Shown here: piece after piece, positions 1 to 10,392 of the stretch | How the letters are laid out: each line of letters opens with the position of its first letter | Position numbering within the stretch: the stretch's first letter is position 1 | Origin: a virus | DNA length: 64,000 nt | Strand: one strand, 5' to 3' | IMG/VR virus record: IMGVR_UViG_3300017783_000001 | Notes under the pieces: generated by a model | What the model saw: the letters and a program-made list of their open reading frames with translations, nothing else | Databases searched by the model: none | What the model was told of the DNA's origin: nothing | Program-made: the position numbers and the translations under genes

Positions 1-282
1 AAATGTTTCTTGGTCGTGGTTCTTTACGCTTTCTACAACTGCACTATTTCTTTGTTTAAATAGTTCAGTCATCATTTCTAATTCTCTTTTAGTTTCAGGA
101 CTATCATTTTCAGAAGGTGCTTTAACATCTATTTTTTTCCAGTCACCAACAATATTCTGTACAGGTTTGTTGTCAACTTTAGGGTGTGTTAAATCATTCA
201 AGTCTTCTGCTACAGACTTGCACTTCTTTAATAGTTCTTTAACATAGTCCATTCTATGTTTCTTTTGAAAATTATCTGGCAT
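1..282 (-). CDS. Partial CDS running off the left edge; PAP2/acid phosphatase-like protein N-terminus
   Basis: Manual translation from ATG at 282: MPDNFQKKHRMDYVKELL...APSENDSPETKRELEMM...; open to position 1; P-x-NDS-x-ET-x-x-EL resembles N-termini of phage PAP2-family proteins. Confidence 0.5.
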   Translation of the reverse strand, partial: MPDNFQKKHRMDYVKELLKKCKSVAEDLNDLTHPKVDNKPVQNIVGDWKKIDVKAPSENDSPETKRELEMMTELFKQRNSAVVESVKNHDQETF

Positions 283-946
283 TTCTTTTCTTCGCTAGTT
301 CTTGTTCTATCCATTTCTTTGCGACATAATTTTGAACAGGTTTTCTAACGAGTCCTCTAATTCGTGTGTAAACTTTGTTAAGTGTATCTTCACTTGCATT
401 ATTATTATCAACTACAATCATACTACCAGTACCAAATAGATTTTGAAATCTACCTATATTACTTTGTACAACATTCCAACTCTTCGTTGCAATATTTACA
501 GGCACGGTTCTAGTTCTAACTTTGTTTCTTTGTAATGCAACTTCTAAACTTGTATTTACAAACATCATATAAGTATCGTAACCTAACATTCTTAACATAC
601 TTCTTTGTTTATTAATAATATCATAGTCTCTACCTGTGGCGTCAATGACAAGACCTAATCTATTTCTAATATATAAGTCCATCTGGTCGCCTGTAATTTG
701 TTTTGCTCTCGCTCTTAATGGGTCTCTTTGACCTGCTTCTTTATCTGGCATTTTTAATGAGAGACCTGCCTTCTTTAAATACATTTCAAATCTGACATCT
801 GAATTAACTAATTTTAAACCCATACCAGCAGTTGTTCTATTGGTAACATATGACTTACCAGAACCAGGACCACCTGCTAAAAAGAACGCTTTGAATATAC
901 CTGGGTCGTAAACGCCTTCTTGTATTATGTGTTTAAAAGTTTTCAT
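272..946 (-). CDS. P-loop kinase/NTPase (AAA_33 / zeta-like), conserved in marine T4-like phages
   Basis: Walker A LAGGPGSGKS, LVIDATG, ALQRN..R..R lid motif. Confidence 0.75.
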   Translation of the reverse strand: MKTFKHIIQEGVYDPGIFKAFFLAGGPGSGKSYVTNRTTAGMGLKLVNSDVRFEMYLKKAGLSLKMPDKEAGQRDPLRARAKQITGDQMDLYIRNRLGLVIDATGRDYDIINKQRSMLRMLGYDTYMMFVNTSLEVALQRNKVRTRTVPVNIATKSWNVVQSNIGRFQNLFGTGSMIVVDNNNASEDTLNKVYTRIRGLVRKPVQNYVAKKWIEQELAKKRNAR

Positions 947-1239
947 ACTTTGTATAGAGTATACTTTAAAGTTAACTCTTCTCCTTCTTTTATATCTTCT
1001 AGTGTTTGTACATAATATTTTCCATCAACTTCTATCTTTTGACAATTAGGTTTATCACTATGATTTAAAAAACCACCAAGTGGTGTTCTATAAATTTCTC
1101 TACCCATAGTCAAATGAGAGATACCTAAATCTGTCATCTTATCAATTGTTGCTGTTGCAAATAAACCAAAACCTTCTATTGGCGATAACTTTATTGTTAT
1201 ATTATCAGGTAAAGGTCTATACTTATCTGTCATCTCCAC
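943..1239 (-). CDS. Minimal SET-domain (lysine) methyltransferase
   Basis: SET motifs SPIEGFGLFA, FLNHSDKPN, DIKEGEELTLKY. Confidence 0.85.
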   Translation of the reverse strand: MEMTDKYRPLPDNITIKLSPIEGFGLFATATIDKMTDLGISHLTMGREIYRTPLGGFLNHSDKPNCQKIEVDGKYYVQTLEDIKEGEELTLKYTLYKV

Positions 1240-1540
1240 TACCTTGTATTTTGTTTCTTTCTTGTCTATCTTTTAATTTTTGTAAATTTAATTGTGCGAT
1301 TGTATCTAAATCAATATCTAAATCTCTCGCAAGTGCTGATATGTACCATAACACATCACCTAATTCTTTTTTCATATCTTCTTTAAATGTAGGACTTGCA
1401 CCGTCTCTAATATTCTTTTTAACTTTTTCTGCGACTTCACCTGCTTCACCACATAATCCTAATGCAGGATAAGTTACCTTACTTGCAAGTGGATAAATTG
1501 CTGTGTTTGCAGCTAGAGTTTGGTATTCATTAAATTGCAT
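1223..1540 (-). CDS. mazG: MazG-like NTP pyrophosphohydrolase
   Basis: LGLCGEAGEVAEKVKK and KELGDVLWY motifs. Confidence 0.85.
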   Translation of the reverse strand: MQFNEYQTLAANTAIYPLASKVTYPALGLCGEAGEVAEKVKKNIRDGASPTFKEDMKKELGDVLWYISALARDLDIDLDTIAQLNLQKLKDRQERNKIQGSGDDR

Positions 1541-2129
1541 TTTCTATCTCCTTAATAATGTCTTTCGCAATATCTCCAGGTTCTTTTCCTTCAGCTTTGA
1601 TAGATATAAACCCAGGTCTTTTTTTGTAATGTTCAATGGCAGGTCCTGTTTCTTTTTTGTATAACTGGATTCTATCATTAATAATATCTGGCTTATCATC
1701 TTTTCTTCCTCTCTTTGTAAGTCTTCTAATAACTTCTTCATTACTCACATCAAGGAATACAACAACATCATAAGCGATACCATTTTTTTCCATATCTCTT
1801 ACTTGTTGCATATATCTAGGATAACCATCTAACACATAACCTTTTGAAGCGTCTTTCTCTTGTAATGCTTTCTTCACTAATTTTAAAACTATATCGTTAG
1901 GTGCAAACTTACCTTGGTCTAATAAGTTCTTAATCTTTTGTCCTTCAGGACCACCTTTATCAATTTCTTTTCTTAATAAACCACCTGGGTAAATATGTTT
2001 GATACCAAAGTGTCTTATAATGTATTCACTATAAGTTGATTTACCACTTCCTGGTCCACCCATTATAATAACTCTAGTTTGTTTTGCTTCGTTCAAAAAA
2101 TTGAATAGATATTGTTTAAATGTATCCAT
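1530..2129 (-). CDS. adk: Adenylate kinase (short-LID type)
   Basis: GGPGSGKST, GYVLDGYPR, RGRKDD motifs. Confidence 0.9.
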   Translation of the reverse strand: MDTFKQYLFNFLNEAKQTRVIIMGGPGSGKSTYSEYIIRHFGIKHIYPGGLLRKEIDKGGPEGQKIKNLLDQGKFAPNDIVLKLVKKALQEKDASKGYVLDGYPRYMQQVRDMEKNGIAYDVVVFLDVSNEEVIRRLTKRGRKDDKPDIINDRIQLYKKETGPAIEHYKKRPGFISIKAEGKEPGDIAKDIIKEIENAI

Positions 2130-2130
2130 A

Positions 2131-3345
2131 CTAACCTTTCACCCAATCTTTTGCAATCGTAAAGTTTGCTCTACTAAATTCTAATCTGTCTACAAGTTTA
2201 ACTACATTACCAATCTTATCTGTTGCAACATAACCTTCAGGTGATGTTACCTTAAAACCATTATCGGTTTTTAAAAAGTGTCCGATAGATTGTATCTGTG
2301 CTATTTTTCTTACTACAATGTTTTTGCAATTCTGTAATGTGATGTATGTTGCAATTGCGAAATATAAAGATTGTTTATTTCTTTGAATAAATTTTATGTT
2401 ATCTGCTTTTGCTTTAATATAAGGTGCTTTACCTTTTTCTGTTTTTCTATTATCTATTTCTTTGTCAATGAAACTTGTATAGTATGGTTCAAAACCATCT
2501 ACTAGTTGTTTAACACTACCCATACCTTGTGTACCTCTAACGATACTATTGAAATATGTTTTAATTTTAAAACCTACACTTAACTCGTCTCTACTATCAA
2601 ACTGATTTAACATAGGTCCTGCTTTAGATAAACTACCTTGTGCCATTCTTAACTGAGCATTGAATTGTGAAACTTCAGCACGATTGAAACTTGCACTACC
2701 ACTAGCGTCTTTGTATTCTGCACTTGGTACCCATACACTACCACTTCTGATTCCTCTAACATATCCAAAGTTAGCATTTAATTCTGACATTTTATTACCA
2801 ACATATTGAGTATGAAACACTATGCCCATTCTAGCACGAGCAATCTTACGACCGACAGCACTATTAACAGGCATAGCATATGTTATAGTATTAGGAGTAA
2901 AGGTAATCATTGATTGTCCGTCAATGTTATTCACTTTCTTATCTTCATTAGTAAAGAGACAATCACCTTGGACAATGCCTCTTATACCTAATTTTTTCAA
3001 TTCTCTTAATGCAACTTCTAATTTTGCACCAACACCACCTGGGTGATTTCTTCTTATGTCTGCTGAAGTGTAATTGATTTTAGGAGTTTTATTGAATACA
3101 GATTTTGTACCGACAAAGAATTTGCCGTTTTCAGGATTAGTTCCACATACTATCGCAGGAGCGCCGTCCCACTTAACGGTTACATTTACTCTATTGCTAA
3201 CATTACCTGTTAACATTTTCTGCAAAGATTGTAAGAACGCTATTGCGTTTCTACCGCCTTTGGCACCGTTATTAATTATTTCGTCTTCTAAATGCTCAAG
3301 GTGTGTGTTCGTACCCGAGCTAGAATATCCTTTAAAACTAAACAT
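2131..3345 (-). CDS. Conserved T4-like phage protein (DUF6267-like, possible ligase/nucleotidyltransferase fold)
   Basis: NTHLEHLED, TVKWDGAPA (KxDG), PEGYV, VKLVDRLEFSRANF motifs. Confidence 0.65.
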   Translation of the reverse strand: MFSFKGYSSSGTNTHLEHLEDEIINNGAKGGRNAIAFLQSLQKMLTGNVSNRVNVTVKWDGAPAIVCGTNPENGKFFVGTKSVFNKTPKINYTSADIRRNHPGGVGAKLEVALRELKKLGIRGIVQGDCLFTNEDKKVNNIDGQSMITFTPNTITYAMPVNSAVGRKIARARMGIVFHTQYVGNKMSELNANFGYVRGIRSGSVWVPSAEYKDASGSASFNRAEVSQFNAQLRMAQGSLSKAGPMLNQFDSRDELSVGFKIKTYFNSIVRGTQGMGSVKQLVDGFEPYYTSFIDKEIDNRKTEKGKAPYIKAKADNIKFIQRNKQSLYFAIATYITLQNCKNIVVRKIAQIQSIGHFLKTDNGFKVTSPEGYVATDKIGNVVKLVDRLEFSRANFTIAKDWVKG

Positions 3346-3415
3346 TTTTGTCCTTCATTTTTTCCATATACAAATAAACTATCCATTAATATAAATCTTC
3401 ACTTCGTTGTGCTAC

Positions 3416-3423
3416 TATTTATA
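3416..3423 (-). promoter_or_regulatory. T4-type late promoter TATAAATA driving the DUF6267-adk-mazG-SET-kinase operon
   Basis: Exact consensus in the intergenic gap. Confidence 0.7.
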
Positions 3424-3427
3424 AGTC

Positions 3428-4846
3428 TTATGACACCTTAACAAAGAAAGAAGATAAATCAGTACTAGAAGCTGCGTATTTTATAATATCCGTACATACA
3501 TTATTTCTTTGTGTTGATGTTGCACTCATCATAGTATCTAAAAATAGTAGACACATATTCTTACTGAATATAAAACTACCACCTTTATCTAAACATTGTT
3601 TGATAAACGGTTTAACATCTACTGGATTCTTCGCATACTTCTTATATAGGACATACATATCATTTAACTTGACTTGACTACTTGGTGTTTCTTTCCAACC
3701 AGATAATAAGCCTTGTGAACCTATAGATTTTCGTATGTGTTTCTCACAATAGAAATTTAAATTACCACCACCGATTTTACCACCGGCAGCACTCAATCCT
3801 TTTATCTCTCCTTGCCAAGATGAAGAAGAGTTAAATGCTCTAAACTGAACATTCGCACTACCCATATTCATATACATATCAATTGAAGAAAAGAAATCGT
3901 TATTTTTTCCAAATACATAATTCTTATAAGCGTGTGATACTAACTTCACTCTTTCAGGAGCATTGTACTCTTCTAACTTAACGGTACTACCTAATTTCTT
4001 TAGAGAGATACCTAGTAAGAAAGTTCTAGGAGTATTTAATCTACCTGCTTTGTCTAATACTGCTTGATTTAGTATTCCCCAATCTTGCTTAAACATTGCA
4101 AGAGGATCCGAACCTGGTGTCATTGTAGTCATCCATATATCACCTGGATTCCATTTATCATCTGAAAAACTACCTGGTGCTAATGGTGCTCTACCATCTT
4201 TCTGTGCCATTTGTTTATCTATTTTTATTACTTCTTTTTTAGCTGCATATACTTTACCCATAAAAGTACTGCCTCTATGAAAGTAAACACCACCTGTAAC
4301 CTTTGATGAATACTTTTTATAAATTTCGTTTGCTGTTTTTATAAATGTACCACTTTCAATCCAATCTGATGGTACTCTATCTTTAAATGCTGTATAAGCA
4401 ACGGTAGCCTGTACATAACGAGAAGCCTTTTCCATATTGGCGTCTGTAATGTCTGATAACTTTAGTGGACCTTTTTTAACATTAAATGCTAATGAACAAT
4501 AATAACATTGTCCACTTTCAGTAATTGCGGTCACAGCTGCACCACCACCTGAACCACCTCCACCACCAAATAGTGGTGACTTATAAATTTGTGTAAGAGA
4601 TATTTCTTCTATCTTACTTCCTGTAGAAGATTTGACTTGAATAACACAAGGCCAAGCATTAGGTTTTGATACAATTGCGATACCTTCTAGTTTACGACCA
4701 CTAGATGTTTTACCTTCAACAAATCTTTCTTTGTTGTTAATCATTAATTGTACAATTTCAAAACGAGACTTACCAGCATACTTACCATTCTTGGCTGCAT
4801 ATGGTTTATTATCTCTTATAAAATCGTTCTTCGTAAAAACTGCCAT
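3428..4846 (-). CDS. Hypothetical protein with PD-(D/E)xK nuclease-like motifs
   Basis: DKWNPGDIW...GISLKK pattern; Gly-rich linker GGGGGSGGG followed by TESGQC. Confidence 0.5.
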   Translation of the reverse strand: MAVFTKNDFIRDNKPYAAKNGKYAGKSRFEIVQLMINNKERFVEGKTSSGRKLEGIAIVSKPNAWPCVIQVKSSTGSKIEEISLTQIYKSPLFGGGGGSGGGAAVTAITESGQCYYCSLAFNVKKGPLKLSDITDANMEKASRYVQATVAYTAFKDRVPSDWIESGTFIKTANEIYKKYSSKVTGGVYFHRGSTFMGKVYAAKKEVIKIDKQMAQKDGRAPLAPGSFSDDKWNPGDIWMTTMTPGSDPLAMFKQDWGILNQAVLDKAGRLNTPRTFLLGISLKKLGSTVKLEEYNAPERVKLVSHAYKNYVFGKNNDFFSSIDMYMNMGSANVQFRAFNSSSSWQGEIKGLSAAGGKIGGGNLNFYCEKHIRKSIGSQGLLSGWKETPSSQVKLNDMYVLYKKYAKNPVDVKPFIKQCLDKGGSFIFSKNMCLLFLDTMMSATSTQRNNVCTDIIKYAASSTDLSSFFVKVS

Positions 4847-4905
4847 TGTTAATTCTCCATTTATATTCTCTCTTATACTACTACATATTTATTGATTTGT
4901 CAAGC

Positions 4906-4982
4906 TGGCGACCTCGGCAGGACTTGAACCTGCAACATCCAGTTTAGAAGACTGGTGCTCTATCCAGTTGAGCTACGAGGCC
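4906..4982 (-). tRNA. tRNA-Arg (anticodon UCU)
   Basis: Reverse complement GGCCTCGTAGCTCAACTGGATAGAGCA-CCAGT-CT-TCT-AA-ACTGG...GGTTCAAGTCC...GCCA; cloverleaf with encoded CCA. Confidence 0.95.
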
Positions 4983-4993
4983 ATACTCCAGAT

Positions 4994-5078
4994 TGGTGCC
5001 ACCGACCGGACTTGAACCGGTAAGGATTACTCCGACGGATTTTAAGTCCGTTGTGTTTACCAATTTCACCACGGTGGC
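4994..5078 (-). tRNA. tRNA-Leu (anticodon UAA)
   Basis: Reverse complement GCCACCGTGGTGAAATTGGTAAACACA-ACGGA-CT-TAA-AA-TCCGT, long variable arm, GGTTCAAGTCC, ACCA end. Confidence 0.95.
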
Positions 5079-5086
5079 GAAACTGA

Positions 5087-5368
5087 TTAAGCGGCTATTG
5101 TTTGTTGTGCGATAACCATATCAACTGCCTTTTCCCATAGTTTAGTTGCACCGTCATAAGTGTCAAAACCTTCTTCATCTGCAAAGTCCATAGTTGAAGA
5201 AGACATAACACCGTCAATAGGCATTGTATGATTGGTAATGATTTTAGCGATAGTCTCTACTTTCGCTGTGTTGTAGATAAGACCTTGTTCGGTAGTTATT
5301 TCAAGTTCACCATTGTTAGCAGACAAGAAATTGATTGGGTCGTTTGAGTTAGTGTTTGGAAAATTCAT
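5087..5368 (-). CDS. Hypothetical early protein
   Basis: ORF behind a strong sigma70 promoter; start moved to ATG 5368 (GAAGGA RBS). Confidence 0.65.
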   Translation of the reverse strand: MNFPNTNSNDPINFLSANNGELEITTEQGLIYNTAKVETIAKIITNHTMPIDGVMSSSTMDFADEEGFDTYDGATKLWEKAVDMVIAQQTIAA

Positions 5369-5402
5369 AGTATATCCTTCTTTCATCATTGATTATGTAT
5401 AT

Positions 5403-5431
5403 ACTATAACACACGCATAGCGTAGTGTCAA
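5403..5431 (-). promoter_or_regulatory. Sigma70-type early promoter TTGACA-17-TATAGT
   Basis: Near-consensus boxes, 17 bp spacer, upstream T-tracts (UP-like). Confidence 0.8.
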
Positions 5432-5465
5432 GCAAAAAACGAGCAAAAAGTAAAAAAAAATGAAT

Positions 5466-5729
5466 TTATTTTGGTTGCATTTCACAAAGAAAATGAGGTA
5501 TGCCTCCGTTAACTTCCCATACTCTTTCTTTATTCTGAAATCTAACTAGTGACCTAGCATCCTTTTCAAAAAAGAAGTCTTTGACAATAACATTAGTAGG
5601 TTTTTCTATTACTCTCCAGTAAATCTTACCTCTCTTCTTAATCATTGTCTTTGTGTAGTGTAGTTTTTCGCCAGGCTCTAACCGTCTACTTTGTTTTTGT
5701 TTTGTTGGTTTTGTATTTTTTCTAGGCAT
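5466..5729 (-). CDS. Hypothetical basic protein
   Basis: ORF immediately after gp41; likely start MPRKNTK at 5729. Confidence 0.6.
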   Translation of the reverse strand: MPRKNTKPTKQKQSRRLEPGEKLHYTKTMIKKRGKIYWRVIEKPTNVIVKDFFFEKDARSLVRFQNKERVWEVNGGIPHFLCEMQPK

Positions 5730-5733
5730 AAGT

Positions 5734-7098
5734 TTATACTTTAAAATCTGAAAATTTGTCGTAAGGGTCTTCAGCAAATTCTTTCTCCTGATTAGCGTCT
5801 ACAATGTTTTGTGCTTTTTGCTCTACATCATACAATCTCATCTTACTTCTATCAACGCCAATAATAAAACTACGATTGATTGAGGGATCGCTATATCTGT
5901 TCTTCAATTGTTTTACTTTCATTTGATTAAGACTATCTAACTCTTCGTTAGTCATCAAAGCAAACATAAAGTCAGCAGTAGCAGGTAGACCAAAACTTTC
6001 AGAAGTATCTTCTAATCCAATATCAGTAGATACAAAACCACTTCTTGTTGTTTGTGTAGCAGTAAATATAGGTAATTTAAATTCTACTGCAAGACCTCTT
6101 AACTCTTCTGCAATTGCTTTGATATAGAAATAAGATGATATGTTACCACCTTTAAATCTACTTGAAGCACATATGTTAAGATAATCTATGAATACAACAT
6201 CAGGTTTAAAACTTTTCTTTAATGCAAGTTCATTTAATAATCCTTTAAAGTGTCCACTATGAGCAGACGCTGTAGGATATTCTTTTACGATTAATGTACC
6301 AGGACTTTTTGCTTTTAACTTTTTAATTCTATCATCAAACATATCTTTAGGTAAAGCGTGTAAGTCATCTGTGGTAACATCTAATAAATTACTATCAATT
6401 CTTTCTGCGATTCTTTCTTCTGCCATCTCCATTGTAATGTATAAAACATTCTTACCTTCAAGTAATGAAGTAGCAGCGAGGTGACACATAAACAAAGATT
6501 TACCTACACCAGTACCGGCAAGACATACATTCAATGTCTTCTGTGGCACACCGCCTTTAGTTATTCTATTGAAATATTGTAAATCAAAAGGAAGTCTTAA
6601 TTCTTTCCTATGGTAATAATCAAATCTATCATCTGCATCCCCAATGTAATCGTGCCCAATGTGATTATCAAAAGACACAGCAAGAGCTTCAGATAAAATT
6701 GAAGGAATGGCCTCCGCATTTCTTTCCTTGTCTTTTCCATCCAAGATTTTAATGCCGTTAAGTACTGCATTGTTTACCGCCTTGTCTTTACAGAATTTCT
6801 CCGTAGTGTCAAACAACCATTGTATATCACTCTCTTGTGGAGTTAATCCGTTTATTGTTGTTTTAATAGCCTTAAACTCTTCCTCGTTAATATCTTTACG
6901 ATTGTTTAATTCTATAATCAAGGTCTCTTTTGTAGGAAGATTATTATATTTAGTTATGAAATCATAGATTGATGTAAATAAAAGTTTATCACTTCTTGTG
7001 CCAAAGTATTCATCTTTTAAAAACGGCAATACCTTTCTAGTATATTCTTCATTGAATATTAAGTTTGTCAGTATTGTGTCTTCAAGTCTATTTGTCAT
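5734..7098 (-). CDS. gp41: Replicative DNA helicase (DnaB-like)
   Basis: LAGTGVGKS, ITMEMAEERIAERID, IDYLNI, QLKNRY; start MTNRLED inferred. Confidence 0.95.
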   Translation of the reverse strand: MTNRLEDTILTNLIFNEEYTRKVLPFLKDEYFGTRSDKLLFTSIYDFITKYNNLPTKETLIIELNNRKDINEEEFKAIKTTINGLTPQESDIQWLFDTTEKFCKDKAVNNAVLNGIKILDGKDKERNAEAIPSILSEALAVSFDNHIGHDYIGDADDRFDYYHRKELRLPFDLQYFNRITKGGVPQKTLNVCLAGTGVGKSLFMCHLAATSLLEGKNVLYITMEMAEERIAERIDSNLLDVTTDDLHALPKDMFDDRIKKLKAKSPGTLIVKEYPTASAHSGHFKGLLNELALKKSFKPDVVFIDYLNICASSRFKGGNISSYFYIKAIAEELRGLAVEFKLPIFTATQTTRSGFVSTDIGLEDTSESFGLPATADFMFALMTNEELDSLNQMKVKQLKNRYSDPSINRSFIIGVDRSKMRLYDVEQKAQNIVDANQEKEFAEDPYDKFSDFKV

Positions 7099-7405
7099 CA
7101 AGGATTGTTCCGTCATTTATTCTCTCATCTAAAAGTTCAATTAATATATCACCAATATACACTAAAAATGCTTCTTTGTCAATATCCAAGTCAAGTTCTT
7201 CTGGTTTCTTTAATAGAGTCCATTCAAACTGCAAAGGCAACTTACCATCTGCGTTTTCTTCTTTTGCAAATTGTACTTTGCCGTACTTGTATATAACATC
7301 TTTGTACTTACCTTCAACGATTTTTATACAACTATAATCGTCTCCTGGTCTTTGTGCAAAAGTGTATCTTTTATCCGTAGAGGAATTTTCTTTTTGTTGC
7401 TTCAT
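7088..7405 (-). CDS. Hypothetical protein between uvsX and gp41 (gp40 position)
   Basis: [18 protein letters not shown]...[10 protein letters not shown]; synteny. Confidence 0.6.
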   Translation of the reverse strand: MKQQKENSSTDKRYTFAQRPGDDYSCIKIVEGKYKDVIYKYGKVQFAKEENADGKLPLQFEWTLLKKPEELDLDIDKEAFLVYIGDILIELLDERINDGTILDDK

Positions 7406-8384
7406 CTATCTTCTCTAATATCTCTTTTGTAAAGTACTCTTCTGGATTGTCAATGATTGTTTTACCAAACACTTTCTTACCATCAGGTGTTTCAATTCTA
7501 GTAGATACTTTTTTGAAGATACCTTCATCAACAGCAATATCTAATAGTCCATAGTATTTGTCTAAACCTTTTGTATAAGTTAACAATACATCAATTATAG
7601 CATTCTCTTTTGTTAACCTTGACTTATAGTTTTTACAATGAATAATATTACCGACAACTTCTGTGCCGTCTTTTACTTTTCTCTTTGATAGATAAACAAT
7701 ATTACTAGCGGCGTATTTCAATCCTGAACCACCACCCATTTCTTTTTGAGGGAACATAGAACCAATAACATCATAAGTGTGATTGGTCATAATCATAGGA
7801 ATATTTGCTTTACCAAGTTTTAATGTTAAAACTCTAAATGTAGATTTGACAATTTGACTTCTTGTCATATCTCTTGTTTCTTTACCGTCAGCAGTATCTT
7901 CCATTTCTTTTGTAGTAGATAACATACCTAAACTATCTAATACAAACATAATAGGTTTTCTAGCACTCTCTGGTTGTTCTAGGTACTTGTCTACTACTTT
8001 GATTGCTTGTGCTCTAAATTCTTGTACGGTTGCAACTGGTACAACTACAAATCTTTTACTATCAATGCCTCTATCTTCAATCATATTTTTAGATACGGCA
8101 CTTTCACTTTCAAAGTAAATAACACCTGCGTCTTTATCTGATTCTAAAAAATGTTTACAGATACCTAATGCGAAAAATGTTTTACCTGTAGCAGCTTCAC
8201 CTGCGATAGCAGTAATCTTATTACCTGGCATACCACCATATATACTGCCTGATAGTAAGGCATTTAATGAATAACAACCTGTATCAACAAAATTTGATAC
8301 ATCACCAGCATCCACACCTTCACTTGCAAGTGTGGCATATTCATTGCCAGTTTCTTTTATTATATCTTTTAAAAAATCACTCAT
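7371..8384 (-). CDS. uvsX: RecA-like recombinase
   Basis: [30 protein letters not shown]. Confidence 0.95.
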   Translation of the reverse strand: MSDFLKDIIKETGNEYATLASEGVDAGDVSNFVDTGCYSLNALLSGSIYGGMPGNKITAIAGEAATGKTFFALGICKHFLESDKDAGVIYFESESAVSKNMIEDRGIDSKRFVVVPVATVQEFRAQAIKVVDKYLEQPESARKPIMFVLDSLGMLSTTKEMEDTADGKETRDMTRSQIVKSTFRVLTLKLGKANIPMIMTNHTYDVIGSMFPQKEMGGGSGLKYAASNIVYLSKRKVKDGTEVVGNIIHCKNYKSRLTKENAIIDVLLTYTKGLDKYYGLLDIAVDEGIFKKVSTRIETPDGKKVFGKTIIDNPEEYFTKEILEKIDEATKRKFLYG

Positions 8385-8408
8385 AGATTACTCCATTCAA
8401 TTATCTAC

Positions 8409-8437
8409 ATTGTATACTAATATAGCTTATTTGTCAA
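8409..8437 (-). promoter_or_regulatory. Sigma70-type promoter TTGACA-17-TACAAT for uvsX
   Basis: Consensus boxes with 17 bp spacer. Confidence 0.75.
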
Positions 8438-8484
8438 CAGCCTGTTTTGTTTTTTTATGACTAGGCTTGTATACTTCATTCTTA

Positions 8485-9717
8485 TCATAAAAAGTTTTCT
8501 AATGTACCTTTTCTACTACCAGAGAAGAAGTCATAATCCTTAGGACCAAAACACCAAACATTCTCAATATACTTCATTGCCATAAATTCGTTTAGTTCTT
8601 CTTTAGTTTTAAACTTTGCATTTCCTTGAGGTCGTTGCATAATAACCATACCGATTTGACCTAAAAACTTTTCTCTATGTCTATTTATTAACTCATCACT
8701 TGACCTATATCTTACATTCTTAATCTTTGGATCCATAATGTTAACTAACATAAACTTTGATTTGTTCATAGTCTTTTCTGCAACAGGTAAATAGAAGTCG
8801 TCTCTCCACTTCTCATATTCATTGAATTTAAACCACGATTGATTTTCTTCTTTCTCACCACCTTTATTATATTGTTCAGTACTAAAGTATGGTGGACTTG
8901 TAAAGGCACAATCTATATCTGGTAATTCATCATAAGGCAAATCTTCTGCACCACAATTATATATCTTAACTTTTTTATTAGGAAAGAATTTGCTATACTC
9001 TTCAATCTGTTTCATATATTGTTTATATGTGTTAGGGTTTGGGTCGCAACCATAATACTCTTCTGCATTACTACTAAAGAAACCTGCAAGTCTATCACCC
9101 CAACCACAAGAAGTATCTAGTACCGTTCTTGCCTTTGTCATATCATATAAAGTTTTTGCAACAACAGGTTTAAATTGTGTTGCAATATATGTACCTAATC
9201 TAAAGGCACTCATATATGTACCTTCTTTTAAATGTCGTTCACTATTAATACCACGCCAGATAGGACCTAGACAACGCCATACATCTTTTGCATTACCATT
9301 TTGCCATACATCTATAGGTGCTTTGAAACCATAACTACTACAATTTAATCTTAAATGTTGATGAAAATAATTAGATGATATATTATATGTACTAGGAGCG
9401 TCAATCAATCCTAGACCATACTTATCAAAACCATATTCATAATCATCATACTTCTCAAATACTTTCTTTTCAATCTGTTCTTTAGGCGTACATATCTTTG
9501 AAGTATCAAACTTTGATAAGTCAATAATACTTTTTCTCATATCTTCATATGATATTTGTTTGAGAGGAAACTTTGGTCTTTCAGTAGCAATATATTCTGC
9601 TAGTAATTCTCTAAATTTTTCTTTACCTAGTTCTTCTGTCCATCTATCAAACTGGATAGTGTCCATAATAGGCAAACCGTTTTCATCAGCGTATTGTTTA
9701 AGGTCTAGGGTCTTCAT
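8485..9717 (-). CDS. Amino (N4-C/N6-A) DNA methyltransferase
   Basis: SAM motif VLDTSCGWGDRL followed by catalytic FTSPPYF. Confidence 0.8.
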   Translation of the reverse strand: MKTLDLKQYADENGLPIMDTIQFDRWTEELGKEKFRELLAEYIATERPKFPLKQISYEDMRKSIIDLSKFDTSKICTPKEQIEKKVFEKYDDYEYGFDKYGLGLIDAPSTYNISSNYFHQHLRLNCSSYGFKAPIDVWQNGNAKDVWRCLGPIWRGINSERHLKEGTYMSAFRLGTYIATQFKPVVAKTLYDMTKARTVLDTSCGWGDRLAGFFSSNAEEYYGCDPNPNTYKQYMKQIEEYSKFFPNKKVKIYNCGAEDLPYDELPDIDCAFTSPPYFSTEQYNKGGEKEENQSWFKFNEYEKWRDDFYLPVAEKTMNKSKFMLVNIMDPKIKNVRYRSSDELINRHREKFLGQIGMVIMQRPQGNAKFKTKEELNEFMAMKYIENVWCFGPKDYDFFSGSRKGTLENFL

Positions 9718-9793
9718 TATTCCACATCATTAATAAAATTATTGGTATTAAAAATATAATTATTAGTGTTAATATACTATAAAAATACATCAT
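9698..9793 (-). CDS. Small single-TM protein (31 aa), not in ORF track
   Basis: MMYFYSILTLIIIFLIPIILLMMWNNEDPRP* fills the gap between flanking genes; overlaps a TTGACA-17-TATATT promoter (9771-9799). Confidence 0.45.
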   Translation of the reverse strand: MMYFYSILTLIIIFLIPIILLMMWNNEDPRP

Positions 9794-9795
9794 TG

Positions 9796-10392
9796 TCAAG
9801 CACCCATACCTGGCCAACCTTCACTTAATCCAAGGTCTTCCCATTTAGTATTACTCTCTTGTACATTTAGGTAAGGAAACTCACCATTGAGTAATTTATA
9901 TTCATCTACATAACTTTTTTCTATCGTATGATAATCTACACTAATGTAATGATATTGATAGTCACCATTCATTTTTTGTATTTGGACTTTAACTTCTGGT
10001 AGATTATAATAATAAACTTCTATTGTTTTACCTGCTTTGACTTGTTGATTGATATAGTTCCATACTGCATAAGTTCTTTTAGAATTACCTTCTCTAAAAC
10101 CACCTAGATAAGCATTGATTGTACCTTCAATACCACCTTTAGTTTGACTACCACCAATCTTAACTATTTTATCATCACAAGTAATAATGTATATTTTACC
10201 ACAGGAATTTTGTCGTTCTTGTTTTGATACTGCAAACTTAACTTTCAATGGTGTTTCTGGTAGATGTAAATAACCTGGGTCTTTATATATCTGTCCTAAA
10301 CATAACCAGTTGTCTAGTTTTAATTGTTGAATTTTATTTTTCTTTGCATATCCTAATTGTTCGGCAAGAGCATTCATACTTCGTTCCCCCAA
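9796..10392 (-). CDS. GIY-YIG family endonuclease
   Basis: GKIYII...VKIGGS, later IEKSY (catalytic E) and PYLNVQE (conserved N). Confidence 0.65.
   Translation of the reverse strand: MGERSMNALAEQLGYAKKNKIQQLKLDNWLCLGQIYKDPGYLHLPETPLKVKFAVSKQERQNSCGKIYIITCDDKIVKIGGSQTKGGIEGTINAYLGGFREGNSKRTYAVWNYINQQVKAGKTIEVYYYNLPEVKVQIQKMNGDYQYHYISVDYHTIEKSYVDEYKLLNGEFPYLNVQESNTKWEDLGLSEGWPGMGA

Noticed and set aside
4994-5078. tRNA with TAA in the anticodon loop as a possible stop suppressor or sign of recoding
   Set aside because: Anticodon UAA decodes UUA (Leu), and core genes are full length in the standard code.
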